Below, piece after piece: positions 16,837 to 25,035 of a DNA stretch of 39,350 nucleotides. The position numbers and the translations under genes are program-made. The stretch comes from Deltaproteobacteria bacterium (GTDB lineage Bacteria > Desulfobacterota > GWC2-55-46), in the NCBI GenBank assembly GCA_016234955.1, contig JACRNN010000204.1, forward strand, positions 1-39,350. Reading direction: 5' to 3'. Numbering within the stretch: position 1 is the first letter of the stretch; every line of letters begins with the position of its first letter. The notes under the pieces are model-generated. The model saw only the letters and a program-made list of their open reading frames with translations, did no database searches and was not told the DNA's origin.

Positions 16837-17759
16837 TCTTCCACTATGAGCATCCCCGGCGAATACCTGTCGAGAAAATGCATGTAGCCCGGGTGCATGG
16901 ATACGTAGCGCTCCAGCCTTGCAACGAATTGGCGCGTGGAATCCGCGGCCTTTTCCTCACCCTCAAGCTTGGAGGTTATAGGCCGTTCTATTATTATTTT
17001 ATACGGTTTTTTCCCGCCAGGCACGATAAAAAGAGGGATGAGCGCCGAGCCGTTCTTCTGCGCCAGCAGCGCCGGCCCGACGGGGAACATGACCCGGTTT
17101 CCGAGGAACTCAAAGGCCTTGTGCCTGCCCACGCGCGTCCCGGTGCCGCTGCCGTCGCCGGTTATCATTATGACGCCGTTGTCGTTGAGCCATTTGAACG
17201 CGTTCCTCAAAAACGAATCCGCCTTGATTATCTCGGCCGGCATCATCGACTCGTACCTGAGCCTCAGCCTGAAGGCGACGTTCCTGCCTGTCCAGCTCAA
17301 ACCCTCGTCCGATGGCAGCCCTATCTGCTTCATCCTGTAGCCCAGACGCGCGAGCGCCACAAGCGGCAGGTGTACCGGGCCGAAGTGGCCGTGGACAAGG
17401 ACGACCCCCCTGCCCTCCTTGAGCGCGTTGTCGAGGTTTTCGAGCCCCTCTATATCCACGAGCCTCTTGACGCGCCTTGCGTCGAGCCTGGGGAATATGA
17501 ATATGAGGAGGCGGTCGATGTAGTGGTTCCTGAAGTATTCCCTCGCGGCTTTGCCCCGGTCGGTGGAGACCCCGCGCATGCGCGCGAGATTTTTGCCGAG
17601 GAGTTCCTTCTTGCCGCCGGAAAACGCGTAGTGGAGGTCGCCTAAGAGCCTCATTATGGCGATCCCCAGGGAGACCGGCGACGCTAATATTATCCACCGG
17701 AGCGGGAACCATACGATGAGCCTCAGTATGTCCCGCCGTATGGACTCCCTCACCTCCAT
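16824..17759 (-). CDS. LpxL/PatA-like lysophospholipid acyltransferase family protein
   Basis: IEGLENLDNALKEGRGVVLVHGHFG, ITGDG, FEFLG..VMFPVGPALLA, LERYV..HP. Confidence 0.85.
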   Translation of the reverse strand: MEVRESIRRDILRLIVWFPLRWIILASPVSLGIAIMRLLGDLHYAFSGGKKELLGKNLARMRGVSTDRGKAAREYFRNHYIDRLLIFIFPRLDARRVKRLVDIEGLENLDNALKEGRGVVLVHGHFGPVHLPLVALARLGYRMKQIGLPSDEGLSWTGRNVAFRLRLRYESMMPAEIIKADSFLRNAFKWLNDNGVIMITGDGSGTGTRVGRHKAFEFLGNRVMFPVGPALLAQKNGSALIPLFIVPGGKKPYKIIIERPITSKLEGEEKAADSTRQFVARLERYVSMHPGYMHFLDRYSPGMLIVEEGCL

Positions 17760-17810
17760 GTTCCATCCACCCTGTGTCCGGTTTTGGCCGAGCCCTTATC
17801 CCGCATGGCG

Positions 17811-19472
17811 CTAATACGCATAAAATTGCAGAAGGTACTCATCGAGGTCGTTGACTTTCTCGGTTTCGGAAGCGGAAAGGTTACTGATCTCGTCCTTATC
17901 CGCCGTCAGATTGTAAAGTTCATTGCCGATAGCGCCCTTGATGAGCTTGTAGCCGTCCCTGACTACCGATACCGACCTGGCGCCCTGCGCGGCGAGGTCA
18001 ACCCTGTAGGAGATGACGGGCCTTTCCGCAAAATCCACATTGCCGTCGTTGATGACTGGCAGGAGGCTCTTGCCATCGATATCCGGGGCGTCTATGCCGG
18101 CATAGTCGAGCGCGGTGGGGAGGATATCGATGGTCCTTACGTCATTGGTAACGGTCTTTGTCGAGGTCTGACCCGGAAATTTAATCAACAGAGGCACGTG
18201 CAGCAGTGAATTGTAGAGGTTGTTGCCGTGCGTGAAATAGGTGTCATGCTCGACCATGTTCTCCCCGTGGTCTGACGTGATTATGATGATGGAATCGTCG
18301 TACATGTTCCTGTTCTTGAGGGTGGAGATTAGCCTGCCTATCTGCTCGTCGGCGTAACGTATCTCCGAATCATAGGCGGCTACATAGAGCCTGGAGTCCA
18401 TGTAGTACTGGCCGTTGCTTGGCGGGCCTATCCTGGCCTGGATGTCGCTTGGCAGCGCGTCATAGGTTATGGCGCCGTCGGAGCCTAATGTGACAAGGGA
18501 CTGGTTTGAAGACACGTACAAGGGGTCCATGACAAAGTTGGATAGGAAGCCGTTATTGGTCTTGTAGGGCCAGTGGGGGCTTATAAGGCCGATAAAAAGG
18601 AAGAATTTTCTTCTCGCGAGGGAGAGGTTATTCAGATAGTTTATGGTGTAGTTTACGGCGGCGCTGTCATTGAACCCGATGTTGTCGTCGGTAAAATCGG
18701 CTTTTTCGTCAAACCCGTTGTGAAGGTTGATCACGAAGGAATTGGTCTGTACCGAAACGGTATGGTAGCCGTTGTCCTGCAACAGCCCCGGCAGCATCTT
18801 CTCGGTCGCCACGCCTGCGTTTGCCGCGACGTTATAATCATGGTTGTACGCCAGCTTGCCGAGAAGCATGGAAGCGAACGACGGCAGGGTCCACGGCGCG
18901 GCGCTGTAGGCGTTCTCGAATACCACGGAAGACCCCGCAAGGACGCTTATGTTGGGGGCGGTATCCCTTGAGTATCCGTAGAGAGGGAGATGGTCGGCCC
19001 TGAGCGTATCCACGACTATCATGATGATATTCGGGCTACTGACGTCGGGCGCTACGAACGCGAGGTTTATGACGGCGCTCGCCGCGGCAGAGACGTTTGA
19101 AGATGAATCTTTGAACCATAAGTACAACTGCTTATCACCGTAATTTCCGCTCACTTCATAGGATACCGTCCCGTTATAGCCCGATGACGGCGTGACATCG
19201 ACCCACCCGGCCGCGTCAGGCGCCGGGGCGGTCGGGGATTCCGAAATATAATAAGCGTTGACGGCCGCGTTGTCCGTGGCGCCTATGTTCAAAGAGACGG
19301 TCTTTGAAGATGTGTAGGCTTGCCCGTTATTTATGGATAACGACACGTTCTGAGGGGGCACGGCGTCCCCGGAAGATGTGCCCCCGCCGCAGCCGTTGAC
19401 AGCAAACGCCGCCGTCAATGTCAGAAACGTTAGGAAGAGCCTTGCGGGAGAACGCTTAAGAGTGGATGCCAT
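17811..19472 (-). CDS. Sulfatase-like (AlkP superfamily) lipoprotein with N-terminal Ig-like domain
   Basis: Lipobox AVNG-C; PNIIMIVVDTLRADHL..YGY.RDTAP, PWTLPS, PH.PY, YDSEI.YAD, TSDHGE, HG..LY...LHVPL. Start moved to ATG 19472 because the upstream ATG lies in a heptamer repeat. Confidence 0.82.
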   Translation of the reverse strand: MASTLKRSPARLFLTFLTLTAAFAVNGCGGGTSSGDAVPPQNVSLSINNGQAYTSSKTVSLNIGATDNAAVNAYYISESPTAPAPDAAGWVDVTPSSGYNGTVSYEVSGNYGDKQLYLWFKDSSSNVSAAASAVINLAFVAPDVSSPNIIMIVVDTLRADHLPLYGYSRDTAPNISVLAGSSVVFENAYSAAPWTLPSFASMLLGKLAYNHDYNVAANAGVATEKMLPGLLQDNGYHTVSVQTNSFVINLHNGFDEKADFTDDNIGFNDSAAVNYTINYLNNLSLARRKFFLFIGLISPHWPYKTNNGFLSNFVMDPLYVSSNQSLVTLGSDGAITYDALPSDIQARIGPPSNGQYYMDSRLYVAAYDSEIRYADEQIGRLISTLKNRNMYDDSIIIITSDHGENMVEHDTYFTHGNNLYNSLLHVPLLIKFPGQTSTKTVTNDVRTIDILPTALDYAGIDAPDIDGKSLLPVINDGNVDFAERPVISYRVDLAAQGARSVSVVRDGYKLIKGAIGNELYNLTADKDEISNLSASETEKVNDLDEYLLQFYAY

Positions 19473-19536
19473 GAGTTGCCCTGCCCTGTCTGGATGCGGA
19501 GATATGAAGCCTACGGGGATTTCAGAATCCACTGGA

Positions 19537-19623
19537 CTGTTATCAGTCATCGGCTATCTGTTACCGGTTATCTGTTCTCGGTAAAAACACGTCTTTATCC
19601 TTCACCGATAACTGATAACCGAG
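19537..19623. repeat. Degenerate heptamer tandem repeat with inverted arm
   Basis: CTGTTAT CAGTCAT CGGCTAT CTGTTAC CGGTTAT CTGTTCT CGGT (19537-19582), then inverted ACCGATA ACTGATA ACCG (19604-19621); 16/18-bp stem. Confidence 0.7.
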
Positions 19624-19670
19624 TATGAGAAGATTAATAAACCCGTGGCGGCTTAAGAACGCCAAAAAAC

Positions 19671-20945
19671 CTACTTGCCCTTGAGTCTCATCGCCAGGTT
19701 CATGAACCTCTCGATATAGGCGGTCCCTGGGTTCGTGTAATACCTCGGGTAGAGGAGGTCGTCGCCCTTTTCCACCATCCCCTCCTTCAAAGCTATCTCG
19801 TAGAGCTTCGTGTGCGGCTCTATCCTCATCGAGTTGAACTCGAAGTGGACTCTCCTGCCCATCCCGGCCCGCGCCTTGAGGCAGAACCCGGCCATGGAGA
19901 GGAAGGAGGAGAGCGTCTGGCCCGGTGGGTTCTTGAAGAAGTTATAGCAGACCTCGAACCCTCCGGTCTCCTTCAATACGGCGTAGGCCTTCTCTATGTC
20001 GTCCCTGGTGATGTTTTTTCCAAGGGCCTTCAAGACCGCGTCGGAAAAGCCGTCGGGCGAGAGTATCACCTTCCGGCAGCCCGCCTCCCCGCACAGCTCG
20101 ACGAACTCCCTTGTAAGTCCGCTCTCGCTGAACCAGGCCGACCACCGGGGCTTTATGCCGCGCCTGAGTATCTCCCGGCAAATCGCCTCAGCGTGCTTCA
20201 AGGGTATGTTGAAGACGGAATCGACGAACGTAAAGCTGTCGATGCCGTACTTGGCGCCGAGCGTCTCTATCTCGTCCACTATCTTCTCCGGCGCGCGGAA
20301 CCTGTATCTCCTGCCGTTCAAAAACCCGTATATGCAGTAAACGCACTTGAGCGCGCACCCGCGTTTTGTCTCGATGCCCACGGCCTCCGGGACGTCTTTA
20401 TAGGCGGCCACGGGGTTCAAGTCCCTGTCGGGCGGCGGTAGCCTTTTGAGGTCAGCCGGCTCCGAAGGTCCGGTGAACCTGACCTTACCGTCCTTCCTGT
20501 AGTAGACCCCTTTCACCTTTTCAGGCGCGCCGAGGTTGTCGAGCAGGTCCGCTATTATAAATTCGCCTTCGAGATAGACACCGTAGTCTATCCTCGGCTC
20601 GTCCTCCATTATCACGCCCGCGAACATGGAGAACCCGGACCCCCCGGCGATGATCTTCGCGTCCGTGACGCTCCGTATCTCGCCCAGCATCTTCTTGAAG
20701 AACTCGTAGTAGAATACCACCCGCCTCTTGTTCGTGGAGTCGATGTTCCTGAGCGACACGCCCACGGCGTCGGGGCGAAAGTCCCTTATGACGCGCTTTA
20801 GCTCCTCGAACGGGTTTTCATGGACGTTCGGGTCGAACCCCCGCGCCTCGTGTTTGCCGAGGCCGGGGCGGATGCACGCGAGCCCGAGAGGGAATACCGG
20901 CGGCTCGCCCCCGCCCAGATAGGACTGTACCAGCAGTATCTTCAT
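19671..20945 (-). CDS. Cobalamin-binding radical SAM enzyme (GxSxRNID subtype)
   Basis: PVFPLGLA, VGVSLRNID, GGSGFS, ETKRGCALKCVYC, FVDSVFN.P. Confidence 0.88.
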   Translation of the reverse strand: MKILLVQSYLGGGEPPVFPLGLACIRPGLGKHEARGFDPNVHENPFEELKRVIRDFRPDAVGVSLRNIDSTNKRRVVFYYEFFKKMLGEIRSVTDAKIIAGGSGFSMFAGVIMEDEPRIDYGVYLEGEFIIADLLDNLGAPEKVKGVYYRKDGKVRFTGPSEPADLKRLPPPDRDLNPVAAYKDVPEAVGIETKRGCALKCVYCIYGFLNGRRYRFRAPEKIVDEIETLGAKYGIDSFTFVDSVFNIPLKHAEAICREILRRGIKPRWSAWFSESGLTREFVELCGEAGCRKVILSPDGFSDAVLKALGKNITRDDIEKAYAVLKETGGFEVCYNFFKNPPGQTLSSFLSMAGFCLKARAGMGRRVHFEFNSMRIEPHTKLYEIALKEGMVEKGDDLLYPRYYTNPGTAYIERFMNLAMRLKGK

Positions 20946-22447
20946 GCGGGGGATCTGCCGGAGAGCCTCTTGGCGAGCCTGAAGGAGGTCTGGAGGCCCG
21001 CGTAAAGGGACTTGAAAAACGGCCTGAGCGGAGCGCTATTCAGGACGTCCACGACAGGGGACGACACAAGGAGCTTCAGGAGCGGGCTTGGGAACCTGCC
21101 GTTCCTCGATAGCGTTATGAGGAGATTGAGGTAGTTCTGGCTCCGCATCGTGTAGCTCTTCTCGTATATCTCCTTCTTCTCGTCCCTCACCAATCCGTCC
21201 CTCTTCGCCTGCTCGTAGAGCTTGGTGCCGGGGTAAAGGACGAGGGAGAACGGCTGGAGGTGGAAGGGCTTAGGTATCTCGGCGATGAGCCTCAGGCTCT
21301 CTATCCTGTCCTCGTCGGTCTCGTAAGGCACGTCGAGGATGAAGTCGTAGCTCGGTGGGACCATCCTGTCCTTGTACCGGTTTATGATGCGGAAGGCCTT
21401 CATGAGCCTCTCGTTGTCCATCTGCCTGCGGTTGAAGAGCTCCTGTATCCTCCTGCTCCCGCTCTCCACCCCCATCTGCAGGTATATGAGCCCGGCGTCC
21501 ACGAGCATGTCCATCTTCTCCTCGGTGACGGTCATGGGGGACGCCAGACAGCTGAACGGGAGCCCGATCTTCTCCTTGTAGGCAACGCAGAACTCCTCGA
21601 TGCTCTTCTTGTTGCGGGCGAAAAAGGCGTCGTCCGAGATCCATATGAAGCCGACGTACGGCAGGTTCTTCTTCACCCATAGTATCTCGTCCATCACGTG
21701 GGCCGTGGACCTCCAGCGCAGGTAGTTCTCGTTGTTGTAGAGGCCCTTCAATGTGTCGTTTATGCAGTAGGTGCACTTGTGCGGGCACCCGCGGCCGGTC
21801 ATCGTCTGGTACCCGGTCTTGTTCAGGTATCCGGAGACCGTGCCGGCCTCCATGCGGCCCTTAAGGAGCGCGAAGGTCAGGGGCTCAAGCCTGCCCTCAT
21901 GCATTATGTGGTGGTCTTCGCAACTGTAGTCCGGCCTCGGGTATATGTCGAGGTCGTGCGGGAGGCTCCGCGTCGGATTCCTTACCACCCTTGCGCCAGA
22001 CTTCATCCAGAGGTTCTTCACGTCATGGTAGGGCCTTTTCTCCTCCATCCTCTGCGCGAGCTCCAGCATGGCCTCCTCGCCGTCCCCCACGCACACGATG
22101 TCGGCATGGTCGAGGGACTCCTCGGGCCTGATGGTCGGGTGGACGCCGCCCCAGACTACAGGCGCCTTTATCCCGCCCGATTTGAGCTTTTCCGTAATCT
22201 GCACCGCGCCATCGTAAAAATTGGTCATGAGGGTAATTCCAATGATGTCGGAGGCCCGGACGAGCGAAATCAGCGAATCGAGCGCCGAGTCCGCGTACCT
22301 CTTGACGCCGTAGACGAGGTTGTCCCCGTAAGGGTCGGGTATGAATATCAGCTGCGTCGTGTGCCCGTTGGCCTTGAGATAGGCGGAGATCGTGCGTATA
22401 CCGAACGCGGTCACGTCCGGGTATGGGGATATAAGCGTTATCTTCAT
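20942..22447 (-). CDS. Cobalamin-binding radical SAM enzyme (paralogue 1)
   Basis: Start at ATG 22447 (ATGA overlap); WGGVHPT, VGDGEE, RGCPHKCTYC, SDDAF, MGVESGS, YPGTKL. Confidence 0.9.
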   Translation of the reverse strand: MKITLISPYPDVTAFGIRTISAYLKANGHTTQLIFIPDPYGDNLVYGVKRYADSALDSLISLVRASDIIGITLMTNFYDGAVQITEKLKSGGIKAPVVWGGVHPTIRPEESLDHADIVCVGDGEEAMLELAQRMEEKRPYHDVKNLWMKSGARVVRNPTRSLPHDLDIYPRPDYSCEDHHIMHEGRLEPLTFALLKGRMEAGTVSGYLNKTGYQTMTGRGCPHKCTYCINDTLKGLYNNENYLRWRSTAHVMDEILWVKKNLPYVGFIWISDDAFFARNKKSIEEFCVAYKEKIGLPFSCLASPMTVTEEKMDMLVDAGLIYLQMGVESGSRRIQELFNRRQMDNERLMKAFRIINRYKDRMVPPSYDFILDVPYETDEDRIESLRLIAEIPKPFHLQPFSLVLYPGTKLYEQAKRDGLVRDEKKEIYEKSYTMRSQNYLNLLITLSRNGRFPSPLLKLLVSSPVVDVLNSAPLRPFFKSLYAGLQTSFRLAKRLSGRSPA

Positions 22448-24045
22448 CTCTTTCTGCCGTCCACTATCGGGTCGCTCATCCTCATCTTGTTCAGGAACAG
22501 CCTTATCCTCTCCCAGTCGTGGCTCCAGATGACCTTTATGCCCTTGAATATGAACCTGATGAATTCGCCGACCCTGCAACCGATGTTGTAGAGGAAGGAG
22601 AGGTTCATCTTTGAGAGGAAGTTCACAACCGGCTCCCTTGCGAGAATATTGAGGATAGTCCTCGGAAAATGCTGGAACGTAAGGAGGTATATGAGAAAAT
22701 TAGGGTATGAGCGGTTGGGCGACACGTAGAACGGCTTCCTGTATATGTCGGAGGCGTCGTCCTTGATAAGCCCCTCTTTCTTGGCCTTGTGGTAGAGAAA
22801 CGTCTGCGGGAAAAATACCAGGCTCGATATGCAAAGCCCGTAGGGCTTGGGCAGTTGCATCAGAAGCCTCACCGTGTCCATCGTATCCTCATCCGTCTCC
22901 CAGGGGTTATCCAGGATGATGTGGTAGTCCGGCGGGAATATCCTCGGCACGTACCTGGAGATGGTCCTGGCGGCCTCCACTATCTTCTCGTTCGACTCGG
23001 TCCTGTTGTACAACTGTTTGATGCGCGAGCTTCCGGTCTGCACGCCCATCTCGACATAGACCATGCCGGCGTTCACGAGGTGCTCCATCTTCCTCTCGGA
23101 GATGGTGGTCGGGCTCGCCTGGGTATAAAAGGGCAGCCCTATCCGCTCCTTATAGAGCCTGGAGAACTCCTCTATCTCATGCACCGGTCTGGCGAAAAAC
23201 GTATCGTCGAAGAATTGAACGGCCCCGATGAACGGGAACCTCCTCTTGATGTCCTCGAGCTCTGTTATGAAGTTCTCCACGCTCCTGGCGCGGAAGTACT
23301 TCAACCCGACCTTCTCGTACATCTCCTTCTGATTGCTTATATTGCAATAGGAGCACTTGTGCGGGCATCCGCGGTCCGTCATGGTCCTGTAGGCTATCCG
23401 GAGCTTGCCGTCCGGGTGCGGGAGCCTCGGGAGCACATTCCGGAAGGCCTCCGCATCGAGCGGGACGATCCTGTTGGTCTTCAGGTCGAGGAGGTAGTGG
23501 TCCTTGAGGCTGAAGTCGAAGAACGGCAGCTTGTCGAGCTCGATGAACGAATCCCTCAGCCTGTTTCTTATGATACCGCCGTCCTTCTTGAACCACATCC
23601 CCTTGACGTCTGAAAAATCCCCGTTCCTCTCCTTCCGTTGCGCAAGCTCCAGGAGCGACTCCTCGCCCTCGCCTATGCAGACGGCGTCGGCGTATTTGAG
23701 GGCCTGCTCCGGGCTCGTGGTCGGGTGTATCCCGCCCCAGACGACGATGGAAGAGAGGCTCTTCTTCAGGGCCTCCGTAACCTGGATGGCCCTGTCGAAA
23801 TAGTTGGACATGAAGGAGACGCCGACTATGTCGGAGCCCTTGCAGAGCTCCACTATACGCTCAAGGACGGAGGCGTCATAGGCGTAGACGAAGTCCGCGC
23901 CCTTTTTAAGCTTGCCGATGCTTCCCGGAAGGAATATCAGACGGGTATCGAAGCCGTTGCTCCTCAGATACGCGGAGAGGCTCCTTACGCCGAAGGCGCT
24001 TATATCCGGCGGCGTCGGCGTTATTATGGTTATTTTAGTCTTCAT
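22444..24045 (-). CDS. Cobalamin-binding radical SAM enzyme (paralogue 2)
   Basis: Start at ATG 24045; WGGIHPT, IGEGEE, RGCPHKCSYC, FDDTF, MGVQTGS. Confidence 0.9.
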   Translation of the reverse strand: MKTKITIITPTPPDISAFGVRSLSAYLRSNGFDTRLIFLPGSIGKLKKGADFVYAYDASVLERIVELCKGSDIVGVSFMSNYFDRAIQVTEALKKSLSSIVVWGGIHPTTSPEQALKYADAVCIGEGEESLLELAQRKERNGDFSDVKGMWFKKDGGIIRNRLRDSFIELDKLPFFDFSLKDHYLLDLKTNRIVPLDAEAFRNVLPRLPHPDGKLRIAYRTMTDRGCPHKCSYCNISNQKEMYEKVGLKYFRARSVENFITELEDIKRRFPFIGAVQFFDDTFFARPVHEIEEFSRLYKERIGLPFYTQASPTTISERKMEHLVNAGMVYVEMGVQTGSSRIKQLYNRTESNEKIVEAARTISRYVPRIFPPDYHIILDNPWETDEDTMDTVRLLMQLPKPYGLCISSLVFFPQTFLYHKAKKEGLIKDDASDIYRKPFYVSPNRSYPNFLIYLLTFQHFPRTILNILAREPVVNFLSKMNLSFLYNIGCRVGEFIRFIFKGIKVIWSHDWERIRLFLNKMRMSDPIVDGRKR

Positions 24046-25024
24046 CTCTTTTGCTCTCTCCCGCGTTGCGATGCCGAGACTTGAAAAACGGCGCGTCCCC
24101 GTGCTCTTCCATGAACCTCCTGAACGCGAGGAAGCCGAGGTAGTGGCCCGGGTGCCTGCGGACGTACTCCTCAAGCCTTTTGACGAAGGCCGCGGTCCGC
24201 CTCTCCACGAAGCCCTCCCCGGTTTCATCCCCCATCGGCGGCTCGATGACGAGCCTGTGCCTGCCGCCCCCCTCCCTCACTATGAAGGCGGGCAGGACCG
24301 CGCAGCGCGTTCGTTCGGCTATCTCCATGGCGCCTGTGGAGAAGAACGCCATCCCGCCTAAAAACTCCGCCGCGACCCTTGTCTTGCCTCCACCTCCGTC
24401 CATGGCGATGCCGAGGACCTCGTTCCTTCTAAGGCACAGAAAGACCTCTTTCATGGCGCCGAATACGTTTATGTGCGTAACCGGCAGAGACTGCTCGTGC
24501 CTCCACCTTATCTCGAGCCCGCGCTTCCACATGGCGCCTTTTTCCCCGGGGAGTTTCTCCTCCCATACAGTGGGGGGCGCGCTTACCTGGCTCATCTTGA
24601 ACCCCCTGTAGCCTATGGCGGGCATGATCATCTGGTTCGAGCCGAAGTGGGCGAAGACGAGCATGGCCCCCTTGCCGCGCCCGAGGGCCGCGTCGAGATT
24701 CTCAAGCCCTTCGCACTCGACGAAATCGGCGATATTCCCGCTGTTGAGCGCCGGATATACCAGGACCTCGAGGTCCTTGACCGCGTTGACTGCAAAGGCG
24801 TCGCGCACGGCGTGCCGCATCTTTTCCCCGTCGCGGCCCATGAACCTTGAGTACTCCTCTTCCAGCGCTCTCCTCCTGTTGCGCGCCATAAGGCGGAGGG
24901 CCGAGCCCAGGAGGCCCGCCAGAAAATATATGTATCGCGCCGGCATCTTCCGGACAAAAACCCTGAACGGATACCAGTATACCCACAGGAGCGCGTTTTT
25001 CACGGCACTGCCTATCAATCCCAT
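24035..25024 (-). CDS. LpxL/PatA-like lysophospholipid acyltransferase family protein
   Basis: CEGLENLDAALGRGKGAMLVFAHFG, IAMDG, AEFLG..AFFSTGA, LEEYVRRHP.HY. Confidence 0.87.
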   Translation of the reverse strand: MGLIGSAVKNALLWVYWYPFRVFVRKMPARYIYFLAGLLGSALRLMARNRRRALEEEYSRFMGRDGEKMRHAVRDAFAVNAVKDLEVLVYPALNSGNIADFVECEGLENLDAALGRGKGAMLVFAHFGSNQMIMPAIGYRGFKMSQVSAPPTVWEEKLPGEKGAMWKRGLEIRWRHEQSLPVTHINVFGAMKEVFLCLRRNEVLGIAMDGGGGKTRVAAEFLGGMAFFSTGAMEIAERTRCAVLPAFIVREGGGRHRLVIEPPMGDETGEGFVERRTAAFVKRLEEYVRRHPGHYLGFLAFRRFMEEHGDAPFFKSRHRNAGESKRDED

Positions 25025-25035
25025 AGCGGACCCCG

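Noticed and set aside
22448-22579. N-terminal extensions in the ORF track for both paralogous radical SAMs (also DUF362, Wza, Wzy, IolM, sulfatase-like)
   Set aside because: They overlap upstream genes or repeats; internal ATGs with ATGA coupling, an RBS or a proper signal peptide give family-typical N-termini.
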